A stretch of 37,571 nt of DNA from a virus (taxonomy: Duplodnaviria > Caudoviricetes), in IMG/VR virus record IMGVR_UViG_3300008448_000264, positions 1 to 37,571 of that record; one strand, 5' to 3'. The first letter of the stretch is position 1. Each line of letters begins with the position of its first letter. The position numbers were made by a program, and so were the translations under genes. Positions 9,775 through 18,082 of the stretch are shown piece by piece. The notes under the pieces were generated by a model. That model saw only the letters and a list, made by a program, of their open reading frames with translations, did no database searches and was not told where the DNA came from.

Positions 9775-10512
9775 ATGGCATTGCCAATAAGTAGTACACC
9801 AACCTATACATTAACTGTTCCGTCTTCAAAGAAAGAATATAAGTATAAGCCATTTCTAGTAAAACAAGAAAAAGCTTTATTACTTGCTTTCCAATCTGAA
9901 GATGAGAAGACAATGATGAATACACTTAAAACAATTGTTGGTGAGTGTGTAGTCGGACTTGATACAAATGATTTAGCATTATTTGATTTAGAATACATCT
10001 TTTGTCAATTACGTGGTAAATCTGTTGGTGAAGAAGTAGAATTAATCGCTAAATGTGATACACCAGAGTGTAAAGATAATAAGGAAGCTAAGAGTATATT
10101 AAAGATTAATATAATGAATGTTCCTGTAATTACACCAGAAGGACATGAGAATAAAATATCTCTATTTAATGATGTAGGTGTTGTAATGAAATATCCATCA
10201 TTAGATTTACTTTTAAAATTAAAATCATTAAAATTAACAGAGCAAAATAAACTAGATACAGAAGTTTTCTTTGATATTATAACTGATAGTATAGATTACA
10301 TATATGATGGACAACAAATATATCATAGTAAAGAACAAACTAAAAAAGAACTAAGTGAATTTGTTAATAACTTAACAACAAGTCAATTTGGTAAAATACA
10401 AAAGTTTTTCGAAACTATGCCAAGGTTAAGTAAAGAAATAATCTGGACTTGTAAAGGGTGTAACAAAACGCATACAAGAAAGATAGAGGGTTTAGCTAAT
10501 TTTTTTTCATAA
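9775..10512 (+). CDS. gp26: Baseplate hub assembly protein gp26
   Basis: MALP..PTY.L.VPS..KPFLVKQEK.LL..FDLEYIF.QLRGKSVGE..FFETMP.L, CxxC and IEGLANFF. Confidence 0.9.
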   Translation: MALPISSTPTYTLTVPSSKKEYKYKPFLVKQEKALLLAFQSEDEKTMMNTLKTIVGECVVGLDTNDLALFDLEYIFCQLRGKSVGEEVELIAKCDTPECKDNKEAKSILKINIMNVPVITPEGHENKISLFNDVGVVMKYPSLDLLLKLKSLKLTEQNKLDTEVFFDIITDSIDYIYDGQQIYHSKEQTKKELSEFVNNLTTSQFGKIQKFFETMPRLSKEIIWTCKGCNKTHTRKIEGLANFFS

Positions 10513-10697
10513 TGCTCAGCCATGAGTCGTTAGTCAATCATTATAAGACTAACTTCGCATTAATGCAATATCATAAATACTCTTTGACTGAGCTTGAAAA
10601 TCAGATACCCTTTGAACGTGAAATATACGTTGAAATGTTAATTAAACATTTACAAGAAGAAAAACAAAAAGCAGAACAAAGAAGATTACAAAAATAA
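10512..10697 (+). CDS. gp51: Baseplate hub assembly catalyst gp51
   Basis: YKTNFALMQYHKYSLTELENQIPFEREIYV. Confidence 0.88.
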   Translation: MLSHESLVNHYKTNFALMQYHKYSLTELENQIPFEREIYVEMLIKHLQEEKQKAEQRRLQK

Positions 10698-12272
10698 ATG
10701 GCACTCACAAACGTACTCGTACAACAATCTATCGCAAACGTAGGGCAACCGAAAGCACTCTTAGTTGATGCTAAGGGGCAACCACTTATTGCAGATTCAA
10801 AAAACATTTCAAATAAACCAGTCGCAAACGAAGAGTCAGCGAGAGAAACTTCATTAAATATTCAAAAGATGGTAGATTTACTCGAAGTAATCGCTAAAGG
10901 TATGTCGAATAATAGTGGTCAAAAATTAGAAGAGAATAAACCAGAATCTTTAAATTTCGGTAATATGCTTGGTTTTTATGGCTCAATGATATTCTTTAAA
11001 TTATTTGATGCTCTCTTCGCAGGTATTGCTGGTGCTGCAAAATTTATTTTCGCAAGAGTACTTCCATTCCTCGCAAAAGGTTTTATAAAAATAATTGCAG
11101 GATTCTTTGGATTCTTAGCAGGGATTCCAGGAGGAATTGCTGCAGCCATAATCGGAGGAATTACAGTAGGGATTGCTGGACTTGTTCGTGCGTTTAAAGA
11201 TGCATTCGCAATGTATAAATCAGGTGGTAGTTTCTTTGATATCGTAGGTGCATTTGTAGAAGGATTTTATAAAGGTGCATTAAATTTTGTATTTGGTGTA
11301 GTAGATTGGGTTGCGAATTTATTCGGTTTAGATTTACCTGACAATCTTGGCGATATAATTGTAAATGGAATTAAGTCATTCTTCGGTAAGATTGCTGATT
11401 ATATATCTGAATTACCATCACGTCTTGGTAAAATGCTTACAGGGTTTTTAAATAACATTGGAATTCCAGAATTTAAAATTTTAGGAGTTTCGATTGGTCC
11501 TTTTTATCCTTTCAGAAAATCAAATGAGAATGCACCAATAGAGAATACAGTAGGTCCAGAGAAACCTATTCCTTCAAATATTTTACCAAGATCAAATAAT
11601 GTAGAAGGATTAAATTCTGATCGAACACTTGATTCTGATGGAATGCCAAGTAGAGCTCCAGTGACTCCAGTTTCACCATACATTAATAAAACAGTGACTG
11701 GTGAATCAGTTTCTCTTCCAAAAACTCCAATGACAGAAGAATCTGCAAAATCAATTCTGAATAAGAATGCTGGCATACAAGATGCAATGAACATTCGAAT
11801 GAATGGATTAATGATGAGTGCTTCATCTTCGGGTAAAGAATTAACAGATTCAAATATTAATAAGGCTCTCTCTGAGATTGGTACAAAAGAAGAAGTACAA
11901 GCATATCGTAAATTAAACGAAACTGTTATTGCATCAAATTTAAAATTTATTAACAAACAAGTAGTTTCTGGAAACAATCTTTCCAATTCTAATTCGCTTA
12001 GTTCTGCGAATACACTCTCTGGTATTTCGCCAACAGGAGTAAATAATATAATTAGTTCTGGAACACCGAGCGATGTTGGAAATCAAATAATGGCTTCTTC
12101 AGCTGAGACTGAGAATGCGAAGATTGCTGCGAGTTCAAATGTAATTATTAACGCACCAGTTTCGACTGTAAATGCTCCAAAAGAAAGTAATTTAATGACG
12201 TCAAGAAATGTTCGAAACGATGAGAATACTCTTTCGAAATATGTAGGTTCTCTCTATGGTTCAAACGTTTAG
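10698..12272 (+). CDS. Putative baseplate hub / tail-length determinant (gp29-like tape measure)
   Basis: Follows gp26-gp51; long Gly/Ala hydrophobic helical stretch; Ser/Asn-rich C-terminus with VIINAP. Confidence 0.6.
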   Translation: MALTNVLVQQSIANVGQPKALLVDAKGQPLIADSKNISNKPVANEESARETSLNIQKMVDLLEVIAKGMSNNSGQKLEENKPESLNFGNMLGFYGSMIFFKLFDALFAGIAGAAKFIFARVLPFLAKGFIKIIAGFFGFLAGIPGGIAAAIIGGITVGIAGLVRAFKDAFAMYKSGGSFFDIVGAFVEGFYKGALNFVFGVVDWVANLFGLDLPDNLGDIIVNGIKSFFGKIADYISELPSRLGKMLTGFLNNIGIPEFKILGVSIGPFYPFRKSNENAPIENTVGPEKPIPSNILPRSNNVEGLNSDRTLDSDGMPSRAPVTPVSPYINKTVTGESVSLPKTPMTEESAKSILNKNAGIQDAMNIRMNGLMMSASSSGKELTDSNINKALSEIGTKEEVQAYRKLNETVIASNLKFINKQVVSGNNLSNSNSLSSANTLSGISPTGVNNIISSGTPSDVGNQIMASSAETENAKIAASSNVIINAPVSTVNAPKESNLMTSRNVRNDENTLSKYVGSLYGSNV

Positions 12273-12891
12273 TAATTATGTAAAGTCTTCGAATGAATAT
12301 TCGAATGGTTGGCTCACAATCTTTGATATTGATGATACACTCTTTCGTACAACAGCAGTCATTCGAGTTCGTAATTCCATCACAAAAGAAACAATCCGTA
12401 CATTAACAACTGCAGAATATGCTTCCTATACTTTAGGAGCAAATGAAATGTTTGATTATACTGAATTTAAAGATGCAGCGAAGTTCTATAAAGAATCTCA
12501 ACCGATCGGAAGAATGATGCGACGTGCCAAATTGATATTAGCATCAGCGAAGAAATACGAAAACTCACGTGTAATTATATTAACCGCAAGAACTGATTTT
12601 GATAGTAAGAATATATTCCTTAAAACTTTCCGTAAATATGGTTTTGACATTGATAGTGTTCGAGTTGAACGTGCAGGGAATATAGCGAATGAACTCTCAG
12701 GTGCGAATCGAAAGGCAATGATTGTAAGAAAATATTTAAATACAAAGTCTTTCTCGAAAGTAAGATTCTTTGATGATGACCGAGAGAATTTAAAAGCTTT
12801 TTTAAGATTAAGTCGTGAATATCCTGCAATTACTTTTGAAGCTTATCGTGTAATCGAGAATGGTGAGATTCGAGTGTTTCGTTCAATCTAA
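12256..12891 (+). CDS. HAD-superfamily hydrolase (PNK 3'-phosphatase-like)
   Basis: Motif I FDIDDTL, motif II ILTAR, conserved Lys and motif IV FFDDD. Confidence 0.8.
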   Translation: MVQTFSNYVKSSNEYSNGWLTIFDIDDTLFRTTAVIRVRNSITKETIRTLTTAEYASYTLGANEMFDYTEFKDAAKFYKESQPIGRMMRRAKLILASAKKYENSRVIILTARTDFDSKNIFLKTFRKYGFDIDSVRVERAGNIANELSGANRKAMIVRKYLNTKSFSKVRFFDDDRENLKAFLRLSREYPAITFEAYRVIENGEIRVFRSI

Positions 12892-12959
12892 TGGATCCGA
12901 TAATACTTATTGCTGGAATGATTATATTGATCGTTGAAATTTATATTCGAATATACTAA
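12891..12959 (+). CDS. 22-aa hydrophobic peptide MDPIILIAGMIILIVEIYIRIY
   Basis: Manual translation; ATG overlaps the HAD stop (TAATG); single TM-like stretch. Confidence 0.45.
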   Translation: MDPIILIAGMIILIVEIYIRIY

Positions 12960-12989
12960 TTTTCAAACTCCCACAGGTGAGTATTCTAA

Positions 12990-13014
12990 CCCTCTACTTC
13001 TTGGAAGTAAAGGG
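12990..13014. terminator. Hairpin at the convergence of the + and - transcription units
   Basis: ccctctacttc-ttg-gaagtaaaggg: 10 of 11 positions pair; lies between convergent genes. Confidence 0.45.
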
Positions 13015-13036
13015 ATAGAAAATTAAACGTATACGT

Positions 13037-13318
13037 TTATTTAATGTTCGAGTTCAGAACATTACTATTCTTATTCCTTAACCACTCTTCGAATAGATTA
13101 TTCAGTACTCGATTATGAATATTCGGCTCGAATAATTGCAATACTTTACTCTTCGCAATCTCTCGATCGAAATACTCACGTAATATAAACTTCGCTCGAT
13201 CATACTTACTATTTACATTCCAAGCCCAAACCCCCACAAGTATTGTAGTTGTCCAGCTAATCAGAAGCAAATAATACGACAGATTAGAATTTTTCGGATT
13301 CTTATGATTCAAGGTCAT
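13037..13318 (-). CDS. Hypothetical membrane protein
   Basis: One TM segment (YYLLLISWTTTILVGVWAW); overlaps the end of gp32. Confidence 0.55.
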   Translation of the reverse strand: MTLNHKNPKNSNLSYYLLLISWTTTILVGVWAWNVNSKYDRAKFILREYFDREIAKSKVLQLFEPNIHNRVLNNLFEEWLRNKNSNVLNSNIK

Positions 13319-14189
13319 TTGCTATTCCTTGAAAATAGCTTAATACATCCTCTTCTTCTTTTTTCGCCGAAGTCAAAGTTGTATTCTCAGCTGTTTTTGG
13401 TTTCGATTGGATTCCAGACGATCTTGTTTCTGGAAGAGTTTCAAGTACCTCATTCAGTCGACGATTTAAATCTTCATATGACTTAAATTGTGTCGGTGCA
13501 ATGAAAGGAGCCAATGGATGAGCTTTTGCTAACACTTCTGTTAATCTTTTCTCATCATTTCCTAAGAATGCATTTGGCTCAAGAAAACTACTCTGATCGT
13601 AGTTTGCATAACCATCTACTTTACGCATACGCAATCTAAAATCAGCACCAGCGAATATATCGAATACATTCATTGGTTTCTCATCAGCAAATGTAGGTTT
13701 TGCCTTTTCCATAATCTTATCAAAGATCTTCTTTCCATACTTAAACAGTTTTACTGTTCCTTCATTCGCTGGATTCTTCGGATCGCTGATTATATACACA
13801 TTACTGATGTAGTGCATACGTCTCTTTTGCTTTCTCGCAATCTCTCGATTACTCTCAAGATTACTCGCCCATAACTTAGAATTTAATTCTCCGACAGGAT
13901 CTTTTTCATTCAATGTTGTTCGGCTGTTCTCTATATACCATTTACCAGATGGTCCCTGAAACCCATGAGAAAAAATACGCACCCATGGAAGTTCATCATT
14001 CCCAATACGTGGAAGAAAACGAATTACTGCTGTTGCATTGCCCAGTTTATCTGGTTCTAATTTCCAAAAACGAGTGTCTTCAGAAGAGTCTGATTTTGCG
14101 TTCGATCCTTTATTGATTCGATCGAACTCTTGATTAATTTTCGTAAAGTCATTTTGGCTCTCTTTACGAAGAGCATTTAAATCTACCAT
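13302..14189 (-). CDS. gp32: Single-stranded DNA-binding protein gp32
   Basis: DTRFWK..GNATAVIRFLP..HGFQGPSGKWYIENS.TTL..DP..KYGKKIFDKI..GADFRL..NYDQS.F; acidic tail; SD AAGGAG. Confidence 0.95.
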   Translation of the reverse strand: MVDLNALRKESQNDFTKINQEFDRINKGSNAKSDSSEDTRFWKLEPDKLGNATAVIRFLPRIGNDELPWVRIFSHGFQGPSGKWYIENSRTTLNEKDPVGELNSKLWASNLESNREIARKQKRRMHYISNVYIISDPKNPANEGTVKLFKYGKKIFDKIMEKAKPTFADEKPMNVFDIFAGADFRLRMRKVDGYANYDQSSFLEPNAFLGNDEKRLTEVLAKAHPLAPFIAPTQFKSYEDLNRRLNEVLETLPETRSSGIQSKPKTAENTTLTSAKKEEEDVLSYFQGIANDLES

Positions 14190-14200
14190 AGATCTCCTTT

Positions 14201-14227
14201 ATATGTGTTATATGCGTTATATGCGTT
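14201..14227 (-). repeat. Three 9-bp direct repeats (AAC(G/A)CATAT on the mRNA) in the gene 32 leader
   Basis: atatgtgtt atatgcgtt atatgcgtt directly adjacent to the SD. Confidence 0.85.
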
Positions 14228-14287
14228 GTATAATAATATAGGTCTTTACTTCAATATAATATAGATTTTTTCACACTGAATAGAGTG

Positions 14288-14316
14288 AGTCTACTCTATT
14301 TTTTCTTGTAAGTAAA
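14288..14316 (-). promoter_or_regulatory. Sigma70-type promoter for gene 32 (TTTACT-N17-TAGACT)
   Basis: Same -35 element and spacing as the other copies; the -10 lies inside an 8-bp inverted repeat (14279-14300). Confidence 0.55.
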
Positions 14317-14339
14317 GGGCGAAACTTTCCTTTTCGCCC
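14317..14339 (-). terminator. Intrinsic terminator
   Basis: GGGCGAAA-AGGAAAG-TTTCGCCC followed by TTTACTT, downstream of ORF 14362-14565. Confidence 0.7.
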
Positions 14340-14361
14340 AATACAGCGATTCAAAGTAGAA

Positions 14362-14565
14362 TTACTTCTTCTTTTCGTCTTTCTTTGGACACACGACAGG
14401 TTTATTTGTCTTTGCGTCAATGATTGCTTTACCATTCTTATCTTTTTCTACGCATACTGCAGGAGCAGCTGGTTTAGCTTCTTCCTTTTTAGGTGCAGGT
14501 GTTTGTGCAGAAACTGATACTGTGAAGAGTAATGCAGTTAGGAACGTAATTATTGTTTTAAACAT
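14362..14565 (-). CDS. Small secreted protein with signal peptide
   Basis: MFKTIITFLTALLFTVSVSA signal peptide, Pro/Ala/Lys-rich body, two Cys; SD AAGGAG. Confidence 0.75.
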   Translation of the reverse strand: MFKTIITFLTALLFTVSVSAQTPAPKKEEAKPAAPAVCVEKDKNGKAIIDAKTNKPVVCPKKDEKKK

Positions 14566-14672
14566 AATGTATCTCCTTAGATTATAATGTAATGATACGT
14601 TTTAGGGTTCCCGACCAAAACGTTCAAAAGTCGGATTTGATTTTCATAAAATTACTCCTATGAAAATATCGT

Positions 14673-15236
14673 TTAAAATGGCAATGTAGCGAATCTGCCT
14701 TTTAATGCTTTTCTTGAATAGCCGATGCTTTCGATCTTCTGCAGTATAGACTTACTCAAGTAATTCTTTATAGTACTTAGTTCGTATCCTTCTTCTTCGG
14801 CGATCTCGATTATCGCTTCAATATGTGAATAATAGGGATTGTTTTTTCCTTTGGAAAGTACACGATTCTCAATTCGATTACTTAAATTATTCGATCCAAC
14901 GAGTATTCGCTCATTACTCGAAGAATTCCAATAAGTATAGGAATCAATCTGATCAGCTAAATCATTTGAAATTCGTATTAATGTGTTATAGAGTTTCCAC
15001 ATTGGAGTATTTGGAGAACTAATTGAAGATTGTAGACTCGTCGACTCACTCGTTGCAATACGACTATCGAGAGCGAGTAATGAAGAGATCCAGGAATCAA
15101 TCTGTCTTTTCTTTAGATTACAATAACCGATTATCTCAATTCTTCTCTGTCTCGATAATCGTTTCTTATCCTCATTACTCATTCTCTCTATATTCTCTGA
15201 AAGATTCTTTATATAGTTCGGTGTCAATGATTTCAT
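14673..15236 (-). CDS. Late-transcription coactivator gp33-like protein with N-terminal extension
   Basis: C-terminal SHIEAIIEIAEEEGYELSTIKNYLSKSILQKIE..LKG...LPF resembles gp33; near gene 32, as in T4. Confidence 0.6.
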   Translation of the reverse strand: MKSLTPNYIKNLSENIERMSNEDKKRLSRQRRIEIIGYCNLKKRQIDSWISSLLALDSRIATSESTSLQSSISSPNTPMWKLYNTLIRISNDLADQIDSYTYWNSSSNERILVGSNNLSNRIENRVLSKGKNNPYYSHIEAIIEIAEEEGYELSTIKNYLSKSILQKIESIGYSRKALKGRFATLPF

Positions 15237-15243
15237 AATCTAT

Positions 15244-15272
15244 ATTATACTCTATTTTAAATTGTTTGTAAA
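15244..15272 (-). promoter_or_regulatory. Early-type promoter TTTACA-N17-TATAAT
   Basis: Exact 17-nt spacing; ATG starts 8 nt downstream of the -10. Confidence 0.75.
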
Positions 15273-15530
15273 GTCCTTTGGAAAATGAAATTCTTCCAAT
15301 TTTACTGGGTTTTTCAGAGACTCCTTTGGAGTGTCCCAACGAATAATATGTGTCACGAACATTTTTGGGAGTATCTCTACTCGATGTGTTCGAAGAAAAC
15401 GATTCTGTATTAATGAATCAATTATAAACATTGTATAGTCTGCTTTCTCTTTTTCTTTCGTAAAATTACCTATCAACCAACCAATACCGAAGATTGCACC
15501 ACCAAAAAATATATATGTTTCGATTCCCAT
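15252..15530 (-). CDS. Hypothetical protein with N-terminal TM helix
   Basis: ORF track; hydrophobic N-terminus. Confidence 0.6.
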   Translation of the reverse strand: MGIETYIFFGGAIFGIGWLIGNFTKEKEKADYTMFIIDSLIQNRFLRTHRVEILPKMFVTHIIRWDTPKESLKNPVKLEEFHFPKDFTNNLK

Positions 15531-15532
15531 GT

Positions 15533-15880
15533 TTATCCTCTTCTCATTTTTGATATTTCGACTGCTTGTTTCTCGTTAAGAATTGGAATCGCATTGCTCT
15601 TATGCATCGTTGCGATTCCTTTAATCAACGTCCCTGTATAAACGTTCTCAGAAACTTTAGTTGTTTTTCCAGTAATGTTATGATTTGTATTATAAGGTTC
15701 TTTTCGATTCAATTCAAGCTTATATTCTTTCGAAGAACTTTTTAATTGTGACGAATGCAACCCTCGTGATTTGAGCCATTCTTCATGCTCAAGGTTTGCG
15801 TCTCGTATTCTTTTATTCTTAGATTTTCGCATACGAGGGTTTAGATTCGTTGTATTATAATATATCGGCATCAATGGCAT
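15533..15880 (-). CDS. Conserved hypothetical protein of aquatic T4-like phages
   Basis: YTG.LIKGIATMHKSNAIPI..ISKMRR motif, recalled from related phages. Confidence 0.7.
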   Translation of the reverse strand: MPLMPIYYNTTNLNPRMRKSKNKRIRDANLEHEEWLKSRGLHSSQLKSSSKEYKLELNRKEPYNTNHNITGKTTKVSENVYTGTLIKGIATMHKSNAIPILNEKQAVEISKMRRG

Positions 15881-15898
15881 AAGTATATAAGAAGAAAT

Positions 15899-16168
15899 TT
15901 AGTATCCTATTTTTTCTCCAGAAGCTGCCAATGCTGCAATCTCTTGCGCAGTCGGCTTTACTTCAGAATTAATTCTCTCGAATCCTTCAAGTTTCATTGT
16001 CACTCCAGAAGTATTAATTGGAGTTGGCATTGGCACTTCAATTACATCGATAATCTCTAATGTAGCTGTCGTACGATTTTCAGCAAAGAATGATCTTGCT
16101 GCTTCTTCTGTTAATGCTTCAAGAAAGTGACTTCGCTTTCCTTTGCATATAAATTCGAATCTTTTCAT
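15899..16168 (-). CDS. Hypothetical protein
   Basis: ORF with SD AAGGA. Confidence 0.65.
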   Translation of the reverse strand: MKRFEFICKGKRSHFLEALTEEAARSFFAENRTTATLEIIDVIEVPMPTPINTSGVTMKLEGFERINSEVKPTAQEIAALAASGEKIGY

Positions 16169-16188
16169 GTTTGTTTTTCCTTATAAGG

Positions 16189-16416
16189 TTAGTATGATTG
16201 TCCTCGCATTGTACTTAGTATATCACTTATCTCCGAATCGTCATTCGAATAACTATATGATACATCAGCATCAGTATAAGATGAATCACTCAATTCTTCG
16301 TATTCATCATTCAACAGCTTTCTCACTTGGCTCTTTGTAATACCTAAGTGTTCTGCGATCTCTTCATTATTTAGTTTTCTTTTTTTTAGTTCTTTTATTT
16401 CTTCGATATAGTTCAT
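16189..16416 (-). CDS. Small HTH DNA-binding protein with acidic tail
   Basis: LNNEEIAEHLGITKSQVRKLL HTH pattern; directly behind an early promoter. Confidence 0.7.
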   Translation of the reverse strand: MNYIEEIKELKKRKLNNEEIAEHLGITKSQVRKLLNDEYEELSDSSYTDADVSYSYSNDDSEISDILSTMRGQSY

Positions 16417-16445
16417 ATTATAGTTTTTAGTTGTTTATACTCTCT

Positions 16446-16474
16446 ATTATAGTCTATTTTACACAATAAGTAAA
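16446..16474 (-). promoter_or_regulatory. Early-type promoter TTTACT-N17-TATAAT
   Basis: Consensus boxes with a 17-nt spacer. Confidence 0.75.
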
Positions 16475-16504
16475 GCAAAATCGTGCAAAATAAGTCATTG
16501 TTTT

Positions 16505-16669
16505 TTATACCTTTTTTCGTGTATTCACAATTAACGAAGCTTGTATTCCTGTAAATTCACGATTTAATGCGATTAGTCTCTTTAAATACTCCTCGGCAGA
16601 TACCCAATCATTAAACACTCGATTCTCGCCTGACTCATCCACGAATGAGATTACCACTTTTTTATTCAT
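16505..16669 (-). CDS. Hypothetical protein (54 aa, MNKKVVISFVDESGENRVF...)
   Basis: Manual translation; ATGA overlap with the upstream ORF. Confidence 0.6.
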   Translation of the reverse strand: MNKKVVISFVDESGENRVFNDWVSAEEYLKRLIALNREFTGIQASLIVNTRKKV

Positions 16670-16944
16670 GATGATGCATACCAAGCATTAGGAGAAACAA
16701 CTCCACTTTCATTAATTTTATTCTGTTTTAATCTCTGCATATTAAGTTCATTTATTCTTTTAAATGGATTCCTTACATAAGTCAATGCAGGATCCAATTT
16801 TCGAAGTTGATTTGGTTTCACATTCATCGGACAATAATGATCTGGATCGAATACAGTCACAGAATCGATTCCTATTGCAATTACTTCACATCGAAATACT
16901 CTTCCATTTCGAAGTTTGCAAGCCATAAGATCTTTAATTTTCAT
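16666..16944 (-). CDS. Hypothetical protein (possible SH3/Sm-like barrel)
   Basis: ORF track; translationally coupled to its neighbours. Confidence 0.6.
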   Translation of the reverse strand: MKIKDLMACKLRNGRVFRCEVIAIGIDSVTVFDPDHYCPMNVKPNQLRKLDPALTYVRNPFKRINELNMQRLKQNKINESGVVSPNAWYASS

Positions 16945-17162
16945 TAGTGTACTCTCTCGCTGGGCGAATTCATATTCACTGCCAAATAGCTATTCAATAC
17001 TCGAGTCGCAAATTCAATACTCTGCTCTTTACTCATATTCGAATCTTCTCTTAGGAGTGCCGAGATCTGAGTAATTGCAATCTCTCTCTTCTCACTCAAA
17101 TTTGGTATATGTGCACGGAGTGTTTTTCTTCGTCCAGAATTTAATTTGTAAGTCTTAGCCAC
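16944..17162 (-). CDS. Hypothetical protein
   Basis: ORF track; SD GGAGG. Confidence 0.65.
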   Translation of the reverse strand: MAKTYKLNSGRRKTLRAHIPNLSEKREIAITQISALLREDSNMSKEQSIEFATRVLNSYLAVNMNSPSERVH

Positions 17163-17478
17163 TATATCCTCCTAATGCATTCTCAAGTTCCACTTCGTCT
17201 TCGTCATCTCTCGAAGCCACCACAGTTCCGACATACTTAATGTCCATCTCTGGAGTCATCGCATCAATATAAGTAGTTTCGATTCTCGGAGAGTTTTCGG
17301 TCAAATCCGATGTGATTCTCGAGTAGTTTAATCCACCCTCTTTTAAATACAGTTCGAATGCTTCGTCTCTCGAAGAAGCGAGTATTTCCTGTTCCACAAT
17401 CAGTTCGTATCTTCCAGTGAATTTATAGACTGATTTATTCATACTCTCTTTATTTAAATATAATGCAGTTTTAATCAT
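17155..17478 (-). CDS. Hypothetical acidic protein
   Basis: ORF track; SD AAGGAG. Confidence 0.65.
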   Translation of the reverse strand: MIKTALYLNKESMNKSVYKFTGRYELIVEQEILASSRDEAFELYLKEGGLNYSRITSDLTENSPRIETTYIDAMTPEMDIKYVGTVVASRDDEDEVELENALGGYSG

Positions 17479-17615
17479 TCTTTTTCTCCTTTCAATCTTT
17501 CAGTATTATATTCTTTACTTCGTTCCACGTATGCATTCCAGGATAGATTGAAAACAGTCTCATTATAATTTCTCTCCAACCAGTTTTCGAAGTCTGTCCA
17601 AAGTTTCTTACTCAT
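17475..17615 (-). CDS. Hypothetical protein (46 aa, MSKKLWTDFENWLERNY...)
   Basis: Manual translation; SD GGAGG; ATGA overlap with the downstream ORF. Confidence 0.6.
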   Translation of the reverse strand: MSKKLWTDFENWLERNYNETVFNLSWNAYVERSKEYNTERLKGEKE

Positions 17616-17744
17616 TTAAAATCCTCCCATTAGATTATATTTCTCTGCGATCCATACGAATAGATGCATTGCACCATAACCTCCTGCAATGATAGCACTT
17701 AATACCAGCACAGCAACCCAAGATTCATTCCAAAGATTCTTCAT
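17616..17744 (-). CDS. Small membrane protein (42 aa, MKNLWNESWVAVLVLSAIIAGGYG...)
   Basis: Manual translation; SD AAGGA; first gene behind the 17.8-kb promoter. Confidence 0.6.
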   Translation of the reverse strand: MKNLWNESWVAVLVLSAIIAGGYGAMHLFVWIAEKYNLMGGF

Positions 17745-17776
17745 TTACTTTCCTTTTTAGTTCGTTTATACCATAT

Positions 17777-17813
17777 ATTATACTACACAATTAAGGCGAA
17801 ATTAAGGCGAAAT
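17777..17813 (-). promoter_or_regulatory. Promoter (-10 TATAAT) with an 11-bp direct repeat CTTAAT-N5-CTTAAT over the -35
   Basis: aattaaggcga occurs twice at 17789-17810; attata at 17777-17782. Confidence 0.6.
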
Positions 17814-17845
17814 ACACATTTATTTACATTGTTTTAGAGAGAACG

Positions 17846-17876
17846 AAAAGAGTACCCACTAGATCTAGTGGTACTC
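17846..17876 (-). terminator. Intrinsic terminator / near-perfect palindrome
   Basis: GAGTACCACTAGATCTAGTGGGTACTC followed by TTTTCGTT. Confidence 0.7.
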
Positions 17877-17960
17877 GAAGGGGAGAGTGCGAGAGTGTCT
17901 GGGTCTGCGCGAAGGAATGCGACTCGTGTGTCGTGGATTGTCGTTCGTGAGGTTCAGCAT
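17865..17960 (-). CDS. Possible 31-aa Arg/Pro/Ser-rich peptide
   Basis: MLNLTNDNPRHTSRIPSRRPRHSRTLPFEYH with SD AAGGA; could instead be non-coding. Confidence 0.3.
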   Translation of the reverse strand: MLNLTNDNPRHTSRIPSRRPRHSRTLPFEYH

Positions 17961-18006
17961 CGTATTTCCTTGCTTTTTAACATGAAATCATCCATTTCCA
18001 AGAATT

Positions 18007-18082
18007 TGGTGCCCTAAGAGAGACTTGAACTCCCAACCTACTGATTACAAATCAGTTGCTCTACCAATTGAGCTATTAGGGC
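18007..18082 (-). tRNA. tRNA-Thr(UGU)
   Basis: GCCCTAATAGCTCAATTGGTAGAGCAACTGATT-TGT-AATCAGTAGGTTGGGAGTTCAAGTCTCTCTTAGGGCA-CCA; 76 nt; full cloverleaf. Confidence 0.97.

Noticed and set aside
7856-12829. - strand ORFs within the gp2-to-HAD operon (e.g. 11504-11986)
   Set aside because: Shadow ORFs.
14565-14647. UGA readthrough, selenocysteine insertion or frameshift joining the leader ORF to the secreted protein
   Set aside because: The two starts are 82 nt apart (out of frame), and both the readthrough and +1 frames hit TAA.
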